DNA of 64,000 nt, taken from contig CBDCAM010000001.1 in assembly GCA_965213925.1 (NCBI GenBank), positions 32,001 to 96,000 on the forward strand, written 5' to 3'. Both the position numbers and the translations under genes were made by a program. This DNA is from Trueperaceae bacterium (GTDB lineage Bacteria; Deinococcota; Deinococci; Deinococcales; Trueperaceae). The notes under the pieces are model-generated. The model did no database searches and was not told where the DNA came from. It saw nothing but the letters and a program-made list of their open reading frames with translations. This document shows positions 1 through 10,105 of this stretch, piece by piece (within the stretch, counting starts at the first letter, position 1; the number at the start of each line of letters is the position of its first letter).

Positions 1-8
1 CACCGCAA

Positions 9-833
9 ATGGCACCGCAAACCCATACCTTCGCTGAAGGAGAACTCGGTGCGTACCATCAAAACGGATTTCACGTCGCACGGCAGGTTTTAGAACCTCA
101 CGAGGTAGACCAAATCCGCAAGGTTTTTATGGAGCAGGCGGAGAAGGGGCCGGTGGCGGGGCTCAGCGAAACCGGCAGGATCACCGACCCCGACGACCCC
201 CTTTACCACTATCCACGGATGATGCACCCGCACCGGCATCCGGACAGAGCCGTCGGGCAGATCGCTCTACGGTACATGCTCGACGGTCGCATCGGCGAAG
301 TATTGTCTCATCTTTTGGGTGAACCGCCCATCGCGGCCCAGTCGATGTTCTACTTTAAACCGCCCGGTTCCCGAGGGCAGGATTTGCACCAGGACAACTT
401 TTTTCTCAAAGTGAGGCCCGGTACCTGTATGGCCGCCTGGATCGCCATCGACGACGCTGACCCTGGCAACGGCGGCATGGTCGTCGTTCCCGGTTCCCAC
501 CGCCTAGACATCGTCTGTCCGGAAGCGTCGGACTCGAGCCAATCGTTCACCGCCGAACATGTCGAGCCGCCGGAGGGCATGAACGAGCACGCTGTTACCC
601 TCGAGGCGGGAGACGTCCTCTTCTTCAACGGGAGCGTTATCCACGGCTCCCATCCTAATACCAGTGAGAACCGTTTCCGCCGTGCGCTGATCTGTCACTA
701 CGTTCCCCAGAGTTGCGAAGAGGTCGGCAAGTGGTATCAGCCCCTTTACGATTTTGACGGGAACATCGTCAGCAAGGAGGTCGCACTCGACAGCGGGCCC
801 TGCGGGGTCTCCGGAGACGCCGCACCACACTAA
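9..833 (+). CDS. Phytanoyl-CoA dioxygenase (PhyH) family Fe(II)/2OG dioxygenase; 5' context cut by the window edge
   Basis: SMFYFKPPG...HQD (HxD), WIAIDDA...NGGM.VVPGSH, distal His in IHGS and Arg in FRRA, typical of PhyH. Confidence 0.9.
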   Translation: MAPQTHTFAEGELGAYHQNGFHVARQVLEPHEVDQIRKVFMEQAEKGPVAGLSETGRITDPDDPLYHYPRMMHPHRHPDRAVGQIALRYMLDGRIGEVLSHLLGEPPIAAQSMFYFKPPGSRGQDLHQDNFFLKVRPGTCMAAWIAIDDADPGNGGMVVVPGSHRLDIVCPEASDSSQSFTAEHVEPPEGMNEHAVTLEAGDVLFFNGSVIHGSHPNTSENRFRRALICHYVPQSCEEVGKWYQPLYDFDGNIVSKEVALDSGPCGVSGDAAPH

Positions 834-873
834 TTGGCAAAAGAGCAGCATCAAATTCTGAAAGGTGAACATC

Positions 874-1773
874 ATGAACGAGCCCGTCGACATGGTCGGA
901 CAAGCGGCACCTACCGACGAACCCATCGAGTTCGATAAGGATATCGAGGGGAGCGAGTATCAAGCCCCGGTAGACCTGTACCGGTATACGGACACGGCCA
1001 AGGGTATAGACGGCTTTGAAGCCGTGACCGACGAGCATGTAGGCTTTTTTCGGGAGCAGGGGTATCTGGTCATCAACCACGCCTTTACGCGCGGTGAGGT
1101 CCGGTCGGCGCTGGACGGTCTGTTGGACCTCATCAACGGTTCGAACCCTGAATTCAAAGGCGTCCAGTTCGAGGGAAAAGCACGCGAGCTCCTGCCGACG
1201 CTGTCTCGCGAAGAGAAGCAGTACTACGTGCGCAAGCTCTACTACTACGTCGAGTTCGACGCGCGGTTGAAAGCGATTTCTGAGCATCCGCAGCTCCTCG
1301 CGACGGTCAGCAGGATGATTGGTAGCGAGCCCACGCTGTTCGCCGACCAGGCGATGCTCAAACCGCCGCGGATCGGCCGTGAGAAGCCCTGGCATCAGGA
1401 CCATGCCTTTTTCAACCTGCCTATGGGCACCAGGGTTGTCGGGGTGTGGATCGCCCTCGATGAGGCGGTGCCCGAGAACGGCTGCATGCATATCATCCCC
1501 GGCGGTCACCTCAAGCCCATCGAGCACTTTCAGCGGCGTGACTGGCAAATCTGTGATACGGAAGTCGCGCGGGAAAAGATTCTTGCCGTACCGCTCGAGC
1601 CAGGAGGCTGTCTGCTGTTCGACGGCCTCATCCCTCACGGTACGCCGGAGAGCCGCTCGGACAGGTGGCGGCGGGCATTACAGCTTCACTACGCTCCGGC
1701 GAACGTCGGGAAGATCACGAAAGAAGAGCGTCTGGCGGTCTTCAACGGGGAGGCGAAAGGTCTCAGTTGCTAG
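874..1773 (+). CDS. PhyH family Fe(II)/2OG dioxygenase (second copy)
   Basis: MLKPP..G.EKPWHQD, WIALDEA.PENGCM.IIPGGH, PHGT...RRALQLHY; ATG 874 follows AAAGGTG (alternative GTG 865). Confidence 0.9.
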   Translation: MNEPVDMVGQAAPTDEPIEFDKDIEGSEYQAPVDLYRYTDTAKGIDGFEAVTDEHVGFFREQGYLVINHAFTRGEVRSALDGLLDLINGSNPEFKGVQFEGKARELLPTLSREEKQYYVRKLYYYVEFDARLKAISEHPQLLATVSRMIGSEPTLFADQAMLKPPRIGREKPWHQDHAFFNLPMGTRVVGVWIALDEAVPENGCMHIIPGGHLKPIEHFQRRDWQICDTEVAREKILAVPLEPGGCLLFDGLIPHGTPESRSDRWRRALQLHYAPANVGKITKEERLAVFNGEAKGLSC

Positions 1774-1816
1774 CAGCGGCCCCTCTCGTTCACACAAACT
1801 TCGACCAGGACGCTAC

Positions 1817-2285
1817 ATGAAAATGTTGATGATGACAGACCTCGAGGGTGTGGCGGGGGTGGTGTCTTTTAATGAGCAAGCCTACGCGGAGGGCCGCTAC
1901 TATGACCAGGCGAAAAGGCTTCTAACGGCTGAGGTCAATGCTGCGGTAGAAGGGCTTTTAGAGGTAGGGGTCGAAGACACCTTGATTCTGGACGGGCACG
2001 GTCCTGGCGGCATCTGGTTCGAGGACCTCCATCCGGCAGCAAGAGTACTCCACGGTTGCCCCTTGGTTCCCTGGCAGACGCTAGACCATGTGTGATCCGG
2101 GTATGACGCGTGTATGATCGTAGGGCAGCACGCGATGGCCGGGGTTTCTACAGGCAATCTCAACCACACGATGAGCAGTCGCAGCATCGAGCATTACAAA
2201 CTCAATGGCCGACTCATCGGAGAGACGGCTGTCTTTGCTCTGTACCACGGCGCGTTCGGCCGCCCGTTACTCTTTCTCAGCGGAG
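1817..2285 (+). pseudogene. M55 family (DppA-like D-aminopeptidase) metallopeptidase, nonsense mutation and truncated
   Basis: MKMLMMTDLEGVAGV, DGHG, then in-frame TGA at 2093-2095, continuing in frame as GQHAMAG...NHTMSS...IGE...FLSG; similarity stops near 2285. Confidence 0.8.
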
Positions 2286-2461
2286 GTACCGGGCGCAAAC
2301 TCGCCGCGCTCTGCCGGGTGTTGGGAGCGTCCGGTGTGAATAAACATATCGGGGCGCTCTGGGACCCCGGCAACGCCCTCGCCGCCGGTAAACCCTCGCC
2401 CTATCCCGACGGTTACGAAGCGCTCCAGGCTTGCAACCTCGTCCACGTTCACCTCAAAGAC
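2286..2461 (+). pseudogene. Internal fragment of a sugar phosphate isomerase/epimerase (xylose-isomerase-like TIM barrel), fused in frame to the M55 remnant
   Basis: GTG..LA....GALWDPGNA....PYPDGYE....VHVHLKD; the D-x-x-N and HxKD metal motifs belong to this family. Confidence 0.65.
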
Positions 2462-2656
2462 TTGACCTTTACTTCCGCAACAAAGCTTTTGATGATGTCG
2501 TCCAGTTCTTCTATTTGCTCTGTGTCTGTTTTATCCTTCTGTTTTATCACCCCCGCTAGTTGAGTTGCACCCGGCCGACCGAGACCACTTGAAAATTTTA
2601 AGAGTTTTGGCTACACTCCTTTCTATTAGAAAGAAACTTGAGGTGGTGAAGATATT

Positions 2657-4006
2657 ATGGCTCGAGCTGCAACCGTTCAAAAGACTTCCCTGGCCTTATT
2701 GGGTGGATCTCCAAATGTACAGGGTGATGCTGGAGCCATGTTTACCTGGCCTATCGTGACCCAAGAAGAAGAAGAGGCTGTGCTGGACGTCTTGAGACGC
2801 GGCGCTATGTCGGGGTTTGAGATTACGGAAAAATTCGAACAAGAATATGCAGCTTGGCAGGGTAACAAGTATGCACTAGGGCATAGCAGCGGTACGGCAT
2901 CTTTACAAGCAGCTATGTTTGGCTGCAAAGTGGGGGTGGGGGATGAAATTATTGCGCCGAGTGTGACGTACTGGGCAACTCTGCTTCCTTGTTATTCTCT
3001 CGGCGCCACAGTCGATTTTGCTGATATAGACCCCACCACTTTGTGTATCGACCCTAACGATATCGAGCACCGAATCAACGAGCGTACCAAAGCGATTATA
3101 GTAGTGCATTATTGTGCTCACCCCTGTGACATGGACGCCATTATGGACATTGCTCAGCGTCACAACGTCAAAGTCATAGAAGACGTTTCGCACGCTCACG
3201 GCGGACTTTACAAGGGAAAAAAGCTTGGCACATTTGGCGCTGTCTCAGGTATATCGTTGATGAGCGGCAAGTCTCTCGTGGCGGGTGAAGCCGGGATGCT
3301 CACAACGGATGACCTGGAGATTTATGAACGTGCGGTCGCTTGGGGCTTTTATAGGAAGTTTGATGAAACGATTCAGACCGACTATTTGAAGCCTTATGCT
3401 CACCTGCCCTTGGGAGGTAACAAATACCGCATGCACCAAATGAGTGCGGCCGTCGGTCGTGTCCAGCTTAAGTATTACGATGAGCGGATAGCCGAGATTC
3501 AGAAAGCCATGCACTACTTTTGGGACTTGCTCGAGGGTGTTCCCGGACTACGCGCCCACCGCACGCCGAAAGACTCCGGTAGTACAATGGCGGGCTGGTA
3601 TGCAGCAAGAGGACTCTACAAAAGCGAAGAATTAGGCGGTTTGTCTATCACGAGGTTCACCGAAGCCGTTCGCGCTGAAGGGGTGAAGACCTGCCACCCT
3701 GGCATTAATCCCCCCTTACATTTACATCCTCTGTTTAATACAGCCGATATTTACGGTCATGGTAAACCTACCCGCATTGCCAACAGCGCTCGGGATCTTC
3801 GTCAGCCTCCGGGAAGTTTGCCGAACAGTGAAAAAATTGGAGAAATCACTTTTGGTATTCCCTGGTTCAAGCACTACCGTCCCGACCTTATCGAAGAGTA
3901 TGCGGACGCGTTTAAGAAGGTGGCTGCCAACTATGAGCAGTTACTCGAGCAAGATGAGGGCAACCCACCCAATATTGGTCATTGGGGTTTGACAGCAGTT
4001 GCATGA
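2657..4006 (+). CDS. DegT/DnrJ/EryC1/StrS family PLP-dependent aminotransferase
   Basis: SSGTASL, GDEII.P..TY.AT, DIDP.T..ID, TKAII.VH, IEDVSHAHG, SLMSGK (PLP lysine), GEAG; GAGGTG RBS. Confidence 0.93.
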   Translation: MARAATVQKTSLALLGGSPNVQGDAGAMFTWPIVTQEEEEAVLDVLRRGAMSGFEITEKFEQEYAAWQGNKYALGHSSGTASLQAAMFGCKVGVGDEIIAPSVTYWATLLPCYSLGATVDFADIDPTTLCIDPNDIEHRINERTKAIIVVHYCAHPCDMDAIMDIAQRHNVKVIEDVSHAHGGLYKGKKLGTFGAVSGISLMSGKSLVAGEAGMLTTDDLEIYERAVAWGFYRKFDETIQTDYLKPYAHLPLGGNKYRMHQMSAAVGRVQLKYYDERIAEIQKAMHYFWDLLEGVPGLRAHRTPKDSGSTMAGWYAARGLYKSEELGGLSITRFTEAVRAEGVKTCHPGINPPLHLHPLFNTADIYGHGKPTRIANSARDLRQPPGSLPNSEKIGEITFGIPWFKHYRPDLIEEYADAFKKVAANYEQLLEQDEGNPPNIGHWGLTAVA

Positions 4007-4068
4007 CCCCCTCAAGATAGAAAATAAAATTGCAAAACTTGTGTGGGCAAAGGCACGAGGGGAAGCTT

Positions 4069-6297
4069 ATGAGTTGGATCGACCCTGAACATCCTCTGGC
4101 TACCTATCATCGCCAGGTCATAGATCGGGAGGGTAGAAGCGAAGAAGAGCTTTTTCGCCAGTGGGGACGCCTAAAGCTCGCCTCTGAATTGCCGGATAAA
4201 GGCTTCCCAGCCGGCTCCTATCAAACGGTACGGCTTAGCTTTCAGGTTGGCAGTCTCGGTCTTGATGAAGATGGAGGCTTCAAACTATCGTTTAGATTTG
4301 TCAGTGATGCAGGCTCTTTGCAGATGCATGATTCCAGCGCGGATAACTTTGTAAGCGCAACCACCACTGGCGAAGCGGATTTAGAACTACAGTTTGAGCG
4401 CAAGGGTAGCCGCCGCCCCTTCCAAAGGACATTGCGGATAACGGTTCGCAACGCCGGTCTTTTTGAGGGCGATGAAGTCGAGCTGGTTTTGGGTGACCGC
4501 AGCGGAGGCGGCCGCGGTTGGCGTCAGCAGACTTTTGTAGAAACACCTTTTCCCATTCGGATAGCGGTAGACCCGTTTGGAAGCCATCTTTACCAGCCAT
4601 TGCCACGCGATCTCGGCTGGAACATCCTGCCGGCCAGGTCAGTTCGCTTCATCCTGGTGACCCCGCCTCACGCTCTTAAGGGGCAAGCTTTCAAATTAAG
4701 GCTGAAAGCTGAAGACGCCTGGGGCAATCCTTTGAGGAACCTTGCAGCTGAAAAGCCAAAACTTTTTATTCTGGGCCCACAGGGGCGTCGGCCCTTGGAG
4801 CTAGAGGGAATTCATGATTACGGCGTATGGCACTACCAGGTTAGCCTTGATGAAACAGGCGTTTACTTTTTTGAGGTGGATGCTGAGCAGGCTTCTGTAA
4901 GCAACGGGGTCACCATCGTTGAAGCGACAGAGCGGCCCGGATACCAGCACTACTGGTGTGACTTACACGGTCAGACCGGTGAAACGGTCGGGGTTGGCAC
5001 ACTTGAAGACTACTTCTTTTTTGCTCGACATTTTGGCTTTTTAGACGGCTGTGTTCATCAGGGTAACGACTTTCAGATCAGCAAAGCGCTGTGGCAAACA
5101 ATCAAGCAGGCTTCCCAGGAGGCCTATGAGGCTGGTGTGTTTGTTACCTTTCCAGGCTATGAATGGTCGGGAACTACAACGATGGGGGGCGACCACAATG
5201 TACTCTTTTTTGAAGAAGATCCCCCCCTGTACCGCTGTAGTGGCTGGTTGGACCATCATCCTTTTGAAGAGACAGCACCCCTTTCTGAACTCTACCGTAG
5301 GCTCAAAGCTCACCGAGCGTTAACGATTGCCCATGTCGGCGGCAGACCGGCGGCACTGACCGAATCTGACGCTGAAGTTGAACCGCTTATGGAAATTCAC
5401 TCGGCCTGGGGTACCTTTGAATGGGTTTATCACGAAGCGTTCGCGCGGGGCTTTAAGATCGGTTTCGTATGCAATAGTGATGGTCACAAATGTCGGCCCG
5501 GCGCCTCTTATCCTGGCGCAGGCGTATTCGGTACCTTGGGCGGGTTGACGTGCGTCTTGTCTGAAACCTGTGACCGCGAAGGGTTTTGGAAGGCCCTCAT
5601 AGGACGTCGCTGTTACGGCACAACGGGTCAGAGGATTGTGGTCGAGGCCGACTTAAATGGACAGCCCATCGGTTCAGAATTCCAGATGTCTCAGGGCCAA
5701 CTCAATGTGCGGGTACTCGGCACGGCTCCCATCGTCAGCATTGAACTTTTATGTGGCACGGAAGCCATCGAGACCTTTTATCCTCCGGCTTTGGGGCCAG
5801 CTGATACGTTGCTGCTACGTTTCGGTGGGGCTCGCGTCCGAGGGCGTGCGCGAATGGTTGATTGGGAGGGCAAGCTGAGCGTGCAAGACAACGCCTTGAC
5901 CGAGTCGGTTATGAACGGCGTATTTAGTCCAAACTACGGGATTACCGACAAGAACGAGAACTCGGTGACCTTTCATTGCGTCACGACTGGCAATCTTGTC
6001 AATCTACTTCTAAAATTTAGTCGGGGTCTCAAAGGACGCTTATCCTTTGAAAGCAATGTTACCGACACCGAACTTGAACTCGAGCACCTTGGTAACGAAG
6101 TAACCGGGCTGTTCACAGCGCCACTGGATCAGCGTGTTGAGGCAGCGGCGCTGCACCAAGCCAGCCTACCTCTGGACGTTAAGACGACCTTTGCCCTGAA
6201 CGTTGATCACCTTGAGCAGCGCCCTTATTTTCTGCGTGTTACTCAGCTTGACGAGGGCAGGGCCTGGACAAGCCCCTTTTATATAGCTTGCCCGTAA
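4069..6297 (+). CDS. DUF3604-like PHP-fold metallohydrolase
   Basis: YWCDLHGQT.ETVG, HQGND, GYEWS...GGDHNV, EIHSAWG, NSDGH..RPG, RRCYGTTG, AWTSP; ATG 4069 has a GAGGGG RBS. Confidence 0.75.
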   Translation: MSWIDPEHPLATYHRQVIDREGRSEEELFRQWGRLKLASELPDKGFPAGSYQTVRLSFQVGSLGLDEDGGFKLSFRFVSDAGSLQMHDSSADNFVSATTTGEADLELQFERKGSRRPFQRTLRITVRNAGLFEGDEVELVLGDRSGGGRGWRQQTFVETPFPIRIAVDPFGSHLYQPLPRDLGWNILPARSVRFILVTPPHALKGQAFKLRLKAEDAWGNPLRNLAAEKPKLFILGPQGRRPLELEGIHDYGVWHYQVSLDETGVYFFEVDAEQASVSNGVTIVEATERPGYQHYWCDLHGQTGETVGVGTLEDYFFFARHFGFLDGCVHQGNDFQISKALWQTIKQASQEAYEAGVFVTFPGYEWSGTTTMGGDHNVLFFEEDPPLYRCSGWLDHHPFEETAPLSELYRRLKAHRALTIAHVGGRPAALTESDAEVEPLMEIHSAWGTFEWVYHEAFARGFKIGFVCNSDGHKCRPGASYPGAGVFGTLGGLTCVLSETCDREGFWKALIGRRCYGTTGQRIVVEADLNGQPIGSEFQMSQGQLNVRVLGTAPIVSIELLCGTEAIETFYPPALGPADTLLLRFGGARVRGRARMVDWEGKLSVQDNALTESVMNGVFSPNYGITDKNENSVTFHCVTTGNLVNLLLKFSRGLKGRLSFESNVTDTELELEHLGNEVTGLFTAPLDQRVEAAALHQASLPLDVKTTFALNVDHLEQRPYFLRVTQLDEGRAWTSPFYIACP

Positions 6298-6300
6298 CAC

Positions 6301-6330
6301 TTGATTAAAATGAGTGAAACCGAGTATGAT
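6301..6330 (+). promoter_or_regulatory. Putative sigma70-type promoter for the regulator remnant and ABC operon
   Basis: TTGATT-18 nt-TATGAT. Confidence 0.4.
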
Positions 6331-6409
6331 ACTTTCTGTACGAAAGCAACCAAAAGCGTCTATTCATAAGCACTGGAAAATGTCGGTTTTTACGAAAGTG
6401 GGAGACTAG

Positions 6410-6685
6410 GTGCAGAAGCAGTTGATTGGGCGTCCTCAGCTGTTGCGAGACTTGGACTACCGGGCAGTGCTCGAGTCTATAGCTGCGCACGGCTCGCAGT
6501 CGCGTGTCGAGGTTGCCAAGCGTCTCACCTTGAGTCAACCCTCAGTGTCCCGAATAGCCGACGCTCTCCTCCAAGCTAATTTAATTGAAGGTAAACGTAT
6601 CGCTTCAAAGGAACGTATCGCTTCAAAGGTAGGTCGAAGGCAAGTTTTACTTAGGCGTAGTAAATATCGCTGTGGTTTGTGCTGA
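6410..6685 (+). pseudogene. Truncated ROK-family regulator (N-terminal HTH only)
   Basis: LLR.L....VLE.I...G..SR.EVA.RL.LSQPSVSRI...L..ANLI....GRR; sugar-binding domain absent; 18-bp tandem duplication at 6594-6629. Confidence 0.7.
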
Positions 6686-6799
6686 TCGTGCTGTGATGCT
6701 AAGCGCCGAAGACATGTTCACTTTAGGTGGAAGGCTTCAGCACTTTCTATTCACTCACCCCAATCCACTTTATCTTAAGCTTAAGGAAAGGCTGGACCC

Positions 6800-7783
6800 A
6801 TGACCACCTTTATCATAAAACGTGTAGCCTTAATGATTCCCACCTTATTTGTTATTTCACTCATTTCATTTGTCATTATGCAGGCACCTCCAGGCGACTA
6901 CTTAACCTCTTACATGGCTCAACTGGCTGCGGGAGGTGAAACGGTGGAGCGGAGTGAACTAGACGCCCTGCGTAAACGTTACGGACTCGATAAGCCCTGG
7001 TACGTGCAGTACTACCGCTGGATCACCAATTTCTTGCAAGGCGACTTCGGGTTTTCGTTCGAGTGGAACCGTCCTGTCAATCAACTTATCGGTCAGCGGC
7101 TTATGCTTACCATTATCATCTCGGTTACCACCCTGCTTTTTACCTGGATTGTGGCGCTTGCTATCGGGGTATTTTCAGCCGTTAAGCAGTACTCATTCTT
7201 TGACCACTTTTTTACCACCTTGGGGTTCTTAGGCTTAGCCACCCCGAACTTTATGCTGGCGCTGATTCTCCTGTATGTTTCGTTCGCGTATTTCGGGCAA
7301 AGCGTAGGTGGCTTGTACTCGCCCGATATGGTCGACGCCCCCTGGAGTTGGGCAAAGGTGCTCGACCTGCTTTCGCACATGTGGATTCCTGTCGTCGTTA
7401 TTGGGACGGCCGGCACAGCTGGGCTGATGCGCATCATGCGCGCCAACCTGCTCGACGAATTAAAAAAGCCCTATGTGGTAACGGCTCGAGCCAAAGGTGT
7501 ACCGGCCTGGCGAGCCCTGTTTAAATATCCTTTTCGGGTCGCTATCAACCCGTTCTTAAGCACCATCGGCTGGTTGCTGCCAGCACTAATCTCGGGTGAG
7601 ATTATTGTCTCCGTCGTGCTTAGCTTACAGACAACCGGCCCGCTGTACTTGCGCGCCCTGCAAAATCAGGACATGTTTTTAGCGGGTAGTTTTCTCATGT
7701 TTCTGGCTACCCTTACGGTCATTGGGACTTTGCTTTCGGACCTTCTGCTCGCCTGGGTCGATCCGCGGGTTCGCTATGATTAG
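6800..7783 (+). CDS. Peptide/nickel-type ABC transporter permease (DppB/OppB-like)
   Basis: YGLDKP...QY..W, GDFG.S, YV.TARAKG EAA-like loop, DPRVR C-terminus. Confidence 0.95.
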   Translation: MTTFIIKRVALMIPTLFVISLISFVIMQAPPGDYLTSYMAQLAAGGETVERSELDALRKRYGLDKPWYVQYYRWITNFLQGDFGFSFEWNRPVNQLIGQRLMLTIIISVTTLLFTWIVALAIGVFSAVKQYSFFDHFFTTLGFLGLATPNFMLALILLYVSFAYFGQSVGGLYSPDMVDAPWSWAKVLDLLSHMWIPVVVIGTAGTAGLMRIMRANLLDELKKPYVVTARAKGVPAWRALFKYPFRVAINPFLSTIGWLLPALISGEIIVSVVLSLQTTGPLYLRALQNQDMFLAGSFLMFLATLTVIGTLLSDLLLAWVDPRVRYD

Positions 7784-7809
7784 GTCGCACCATGCCTGGC
7801 AGGTAGATA

Positions 7810-8940
7810 ATGATTAAAGCGCGTAGTGAAACTCCTGAAACCGTTGCCGAGGTTGAGACTAGGTCGAGTGTTGCCACTACCTCACAGCGGCAGCTTATCT
7901 GGCGCAAGTTCCGCAAGCATAAACTGGCTGTCGCCAGCCTCATGGTGCTGGCGCTGTTTTATACCATCGGGCTGTTTGCAGAATTCCTGGCTCCCAACGA
8001 CCCGCTGGAAAACCAGGCAACGCTGCCGGGCGCGCCACCTCAGCAGGTCCGCATCTTTGAAGAGGGCAGGCTTCAGTGGCCCTATGTCTACGGTTACCAG
8101 GCCACGATGAATATCGAAACGATGCGCCGAACCTTTGAAAGCGACCCGGACCAGAGATTCCGCTTGGGTCTATTCGTAAAAACAGACCCTTATAAGATGT
8201 GGAACCTTGTCACGCTGAACCGAAAGTTTGTGGGTGTTGTCGGCGAAGGTTACGTTTACTTTTTAGGTACGGACCGACTCGGTCGAGGCATGCTTTCACG
8301 CATTATTTATGGCATGCGTATTTCGCTGTCGATAGGTTTGGTGGGCGTGCTGCTGAGTTTTTTTCTCGGGCTCTTGATTGGGGGTATTTCGGGTCTGGTA
8401 GGGGGCGTAGTGGACAGTATGATACAGCGCCTTATCGAAATTATCATGGCCTTTCCTACGATACCGCTGTGGATGGCGCTGGCCGCCGCCTTGCCGCGCG
8501 ACTGGCCGCAACTGTGGGTCTTTTTCGGCATTACCATTATTCTTTCGCTTATCGGCTGGACCGACTTAGCTCGAGTGGTGCGCGGAAAATTTTTGTCGCT
8601 TCGTGACGATGATTACGTCGTTGCCGCACGGCTGGCTGGCGGGGGTCACGGCTGGGTCATTCGAAAACACCTGCTGCCCGCATTTACCAGCCACATTATC
8701 GCTTCTCTCACCCTATCCATCCCCGGCATGATTTTGGCGGAGACGGCGCTCTCGTTTCTGGGCTTGGGTTTGCAGCAACCGATTATCAGTTGGGGTGTTT
8801 TGTTGCAAGAGGCGCAAAACATTCGCAGTGTAGCCCTTATGCCTTGGGTCTTTTCCCCTGTTTTCTTCGTCATTGTTGCGGTGCTGGCCTTTAACTTTGT
8901 CGGCGACGGTATGCGCGATGCGGCGGATCCCTATGGCTAA
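7810..8940 (+). CDS. Peptide/nickel-type ABC transporter permease (DppC/OppC-like)
   Basis: WRKFRKHKLA, LGTDRLGR, R.SL.IG, YV.AAR..G, E..LSFLGLG, GDG.RDAADP. Confidence 0.95.
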   Translation: MIKARSETPETVAEVETRSSVATTSQRQLIWRKFRKHKLAVASLMVLALFYTIGLFAEFLAPNDPLENQATLPGAPPQQVRIFEEGRLQWPYVYGYQATMNIETMRRTFESDPDQRFRLGLFVKTDPYKMWNLVTLNRKFVGVVGEGYVYFLGTDRLGRGMLSRIIYGMRISLSIGLVGVLLSFFLGLLIGGISGLVGGVVDSMIQRLIEIIMAFPTIPLWMALAAALPRDWPQLWVFFGITIILSLIGWTDLARVVRGKFLSLRDDDYVVAARLAGGGHGWVIRKHLLPAFTSHIIASLTLSIPGMILAETALSFLGLGLQQPIISWGVLLQEAQNIRSVALMPWVFSPVFFVIVAVLAFNFVGDGMRDAADPYG

Positions 8941-10105
8941 ACTCCAGACGAACAAGCTAGAAATGGCCGGGTCCGAAATGGCTGGGTCTAAAATGACTGG
9001 GTCTAAAATGACTGGGTCTAAAATGACCGGGGCCAAAATAGCTGGCTCCAACATGTCTGAGCTTAAGGGCGAAGACTTGCCCGCCGAGACGTTGCTTGAA
9101 GTCAAAGACCTCAAAACTTATTTTCACACCGACGACGGTGTTGTGCGGGCGGTTGACGGGGTCGACTTAAAAGTCGCGCGCGGTAAGACGCTGGGGATTG
9201 TGGGCGAGAGCGGCTGCGGCAAGACTGTTTTCTCGCGCTCTGTTATGCGCATCGTCGACGAGCCGCCTGCCCAAATCAGTGGTGAGATTCTCTTGCGCCG
9301 CGAAGCTGGTGGGGTGACGAATTTAGCCGCCTTTGACGTCAACGCCCGCGAACTGCGCCACATACGGGGTCGTGAGATTGCCATGATCTTTCAGGAGCCC
9401 ATGAGCTCTTTCAGTCCCATCCACACGATCGGCAACCAGATTATGGAAGCCCTGCAGGTGCATGAACGCGTTTCGCGTCAAGAAGCTCGAGAGCGAGCCA
9501 CCGAGATGATTGGCACGGTGGGTATCCCGCAACCCGCCCAGCGCTTTAACGCTTATCCCTTTGAACTCTCAGGGGGTATGCGGCAACGCGCCATGATCGC
9601 TATGGCCCTTATGTGCCACCCTGCTTTGCTCATCGCCGACGAGCCGACCACCGCGCTGGACGTTACGGTCGAGGCGGCCATCCTAAAACTTTTGAAGTCG
9701 TTGCAAGAGCAACTGGGTATGACGATTATGATAATTACCCATGACCTCGGCGTCATAGCCAAGGTCGCCGACGATGTCGCTGTCATGTATTTGGGAAAAG
9801 TGGTCGAGCAGGGCAGTGTAGAGGCTATCTTTAACAGTCCCCAACATCCTTATACGCAAGCGCTGCTGCGCTCTATGCCGCGCCTCGAGACTAGGCAAGA
9901 CAGGCTCGAGTCCATCAAAGGCAGCGTCCCCGACCCCTATACGGTCCTGCCGGGCTGCACCTTCTTTCCACGCTGCGGCGAGGCGCAGCCGGGGCTTTGC
10001 GATGTGACGGTCCCAGAACTCGTCGAGGTTGAAGCGGACCACTGGGCGCGCTGTCTGCTAAGAGAGGAGAGAGAGGAGGCGGCAGGTGACCGAGTCCCAG
10101 ATTGA
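8933..10105 (+). CDS. Oligopeptide ABC transporter ATP-binding protein (DppD-like); exact start uncertain because of repeated ATGs
   Basis: Walker A GESGCGKT, LSGGMRQR, DEPTTALD, C-terminal HPY/Cys cluster domain. Confidence 0.95.
   Translation: MAKLQTNKLEMAGSEMAGSKMTGSKMTGSKMTGAKIAGSNMSELKGEDLPAETLLEVKDLKTYFHTDDGVVRAVDGVDLKVARGKTLGIVGESGCGKTVFSRSVMRIVDEPPAQISGEILLRREAGGVTNLAAFDVNARELRHIRGREIAMIFQEPMSSFSPIHTIGNQIMEALQVHERVSRQEARERATEMIGTVGIPQPAQRFNAYPFELSGGMRQRAMIAMALMCHPALLIADEPTTALDVTVEAAILKLLKSLQEQLGMTIMIITHDLGVIAKVADDVAVMYLGKVVEQGSVEAIFNSPQHPYTQALLRSMPRLETRQDRLESIKGSVPDPYTVLPGCTFFPRCGEAQPGLCDVTVPELVEVEADHWARCLLREEREEAAGDRVPD
8960..9049 (+). repeat. Six degenerate 15-bp tandem repeats (RAAATGRCYGGGTCY) in the 5' end of the ATPase gene
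   Basis: GAAATGGCCGGGTCC GAAATGGCTGGGTCT AAAATGACTGGGTCT AAAATGACTGGGTCT AAAATGACCGGGGCC AAAATAGCTGGCTCC. Confidence 0.95.

Noticed and set aside
769..1638. Long antisense ORFs (also 12471-13100, 14853-15521, 39459-39962, 49249-49884)
   Set aside because: They shadow well-supported genes on the opposite strand and have no recognisable motifs
2093..2095. In-frame TGA as selenocysteine in the M55 gene
   Set aside because: No evident SECIS hairpin follows, the position is not catalytic, and the gene is truncated anyway; a nonsense mutation is simpler
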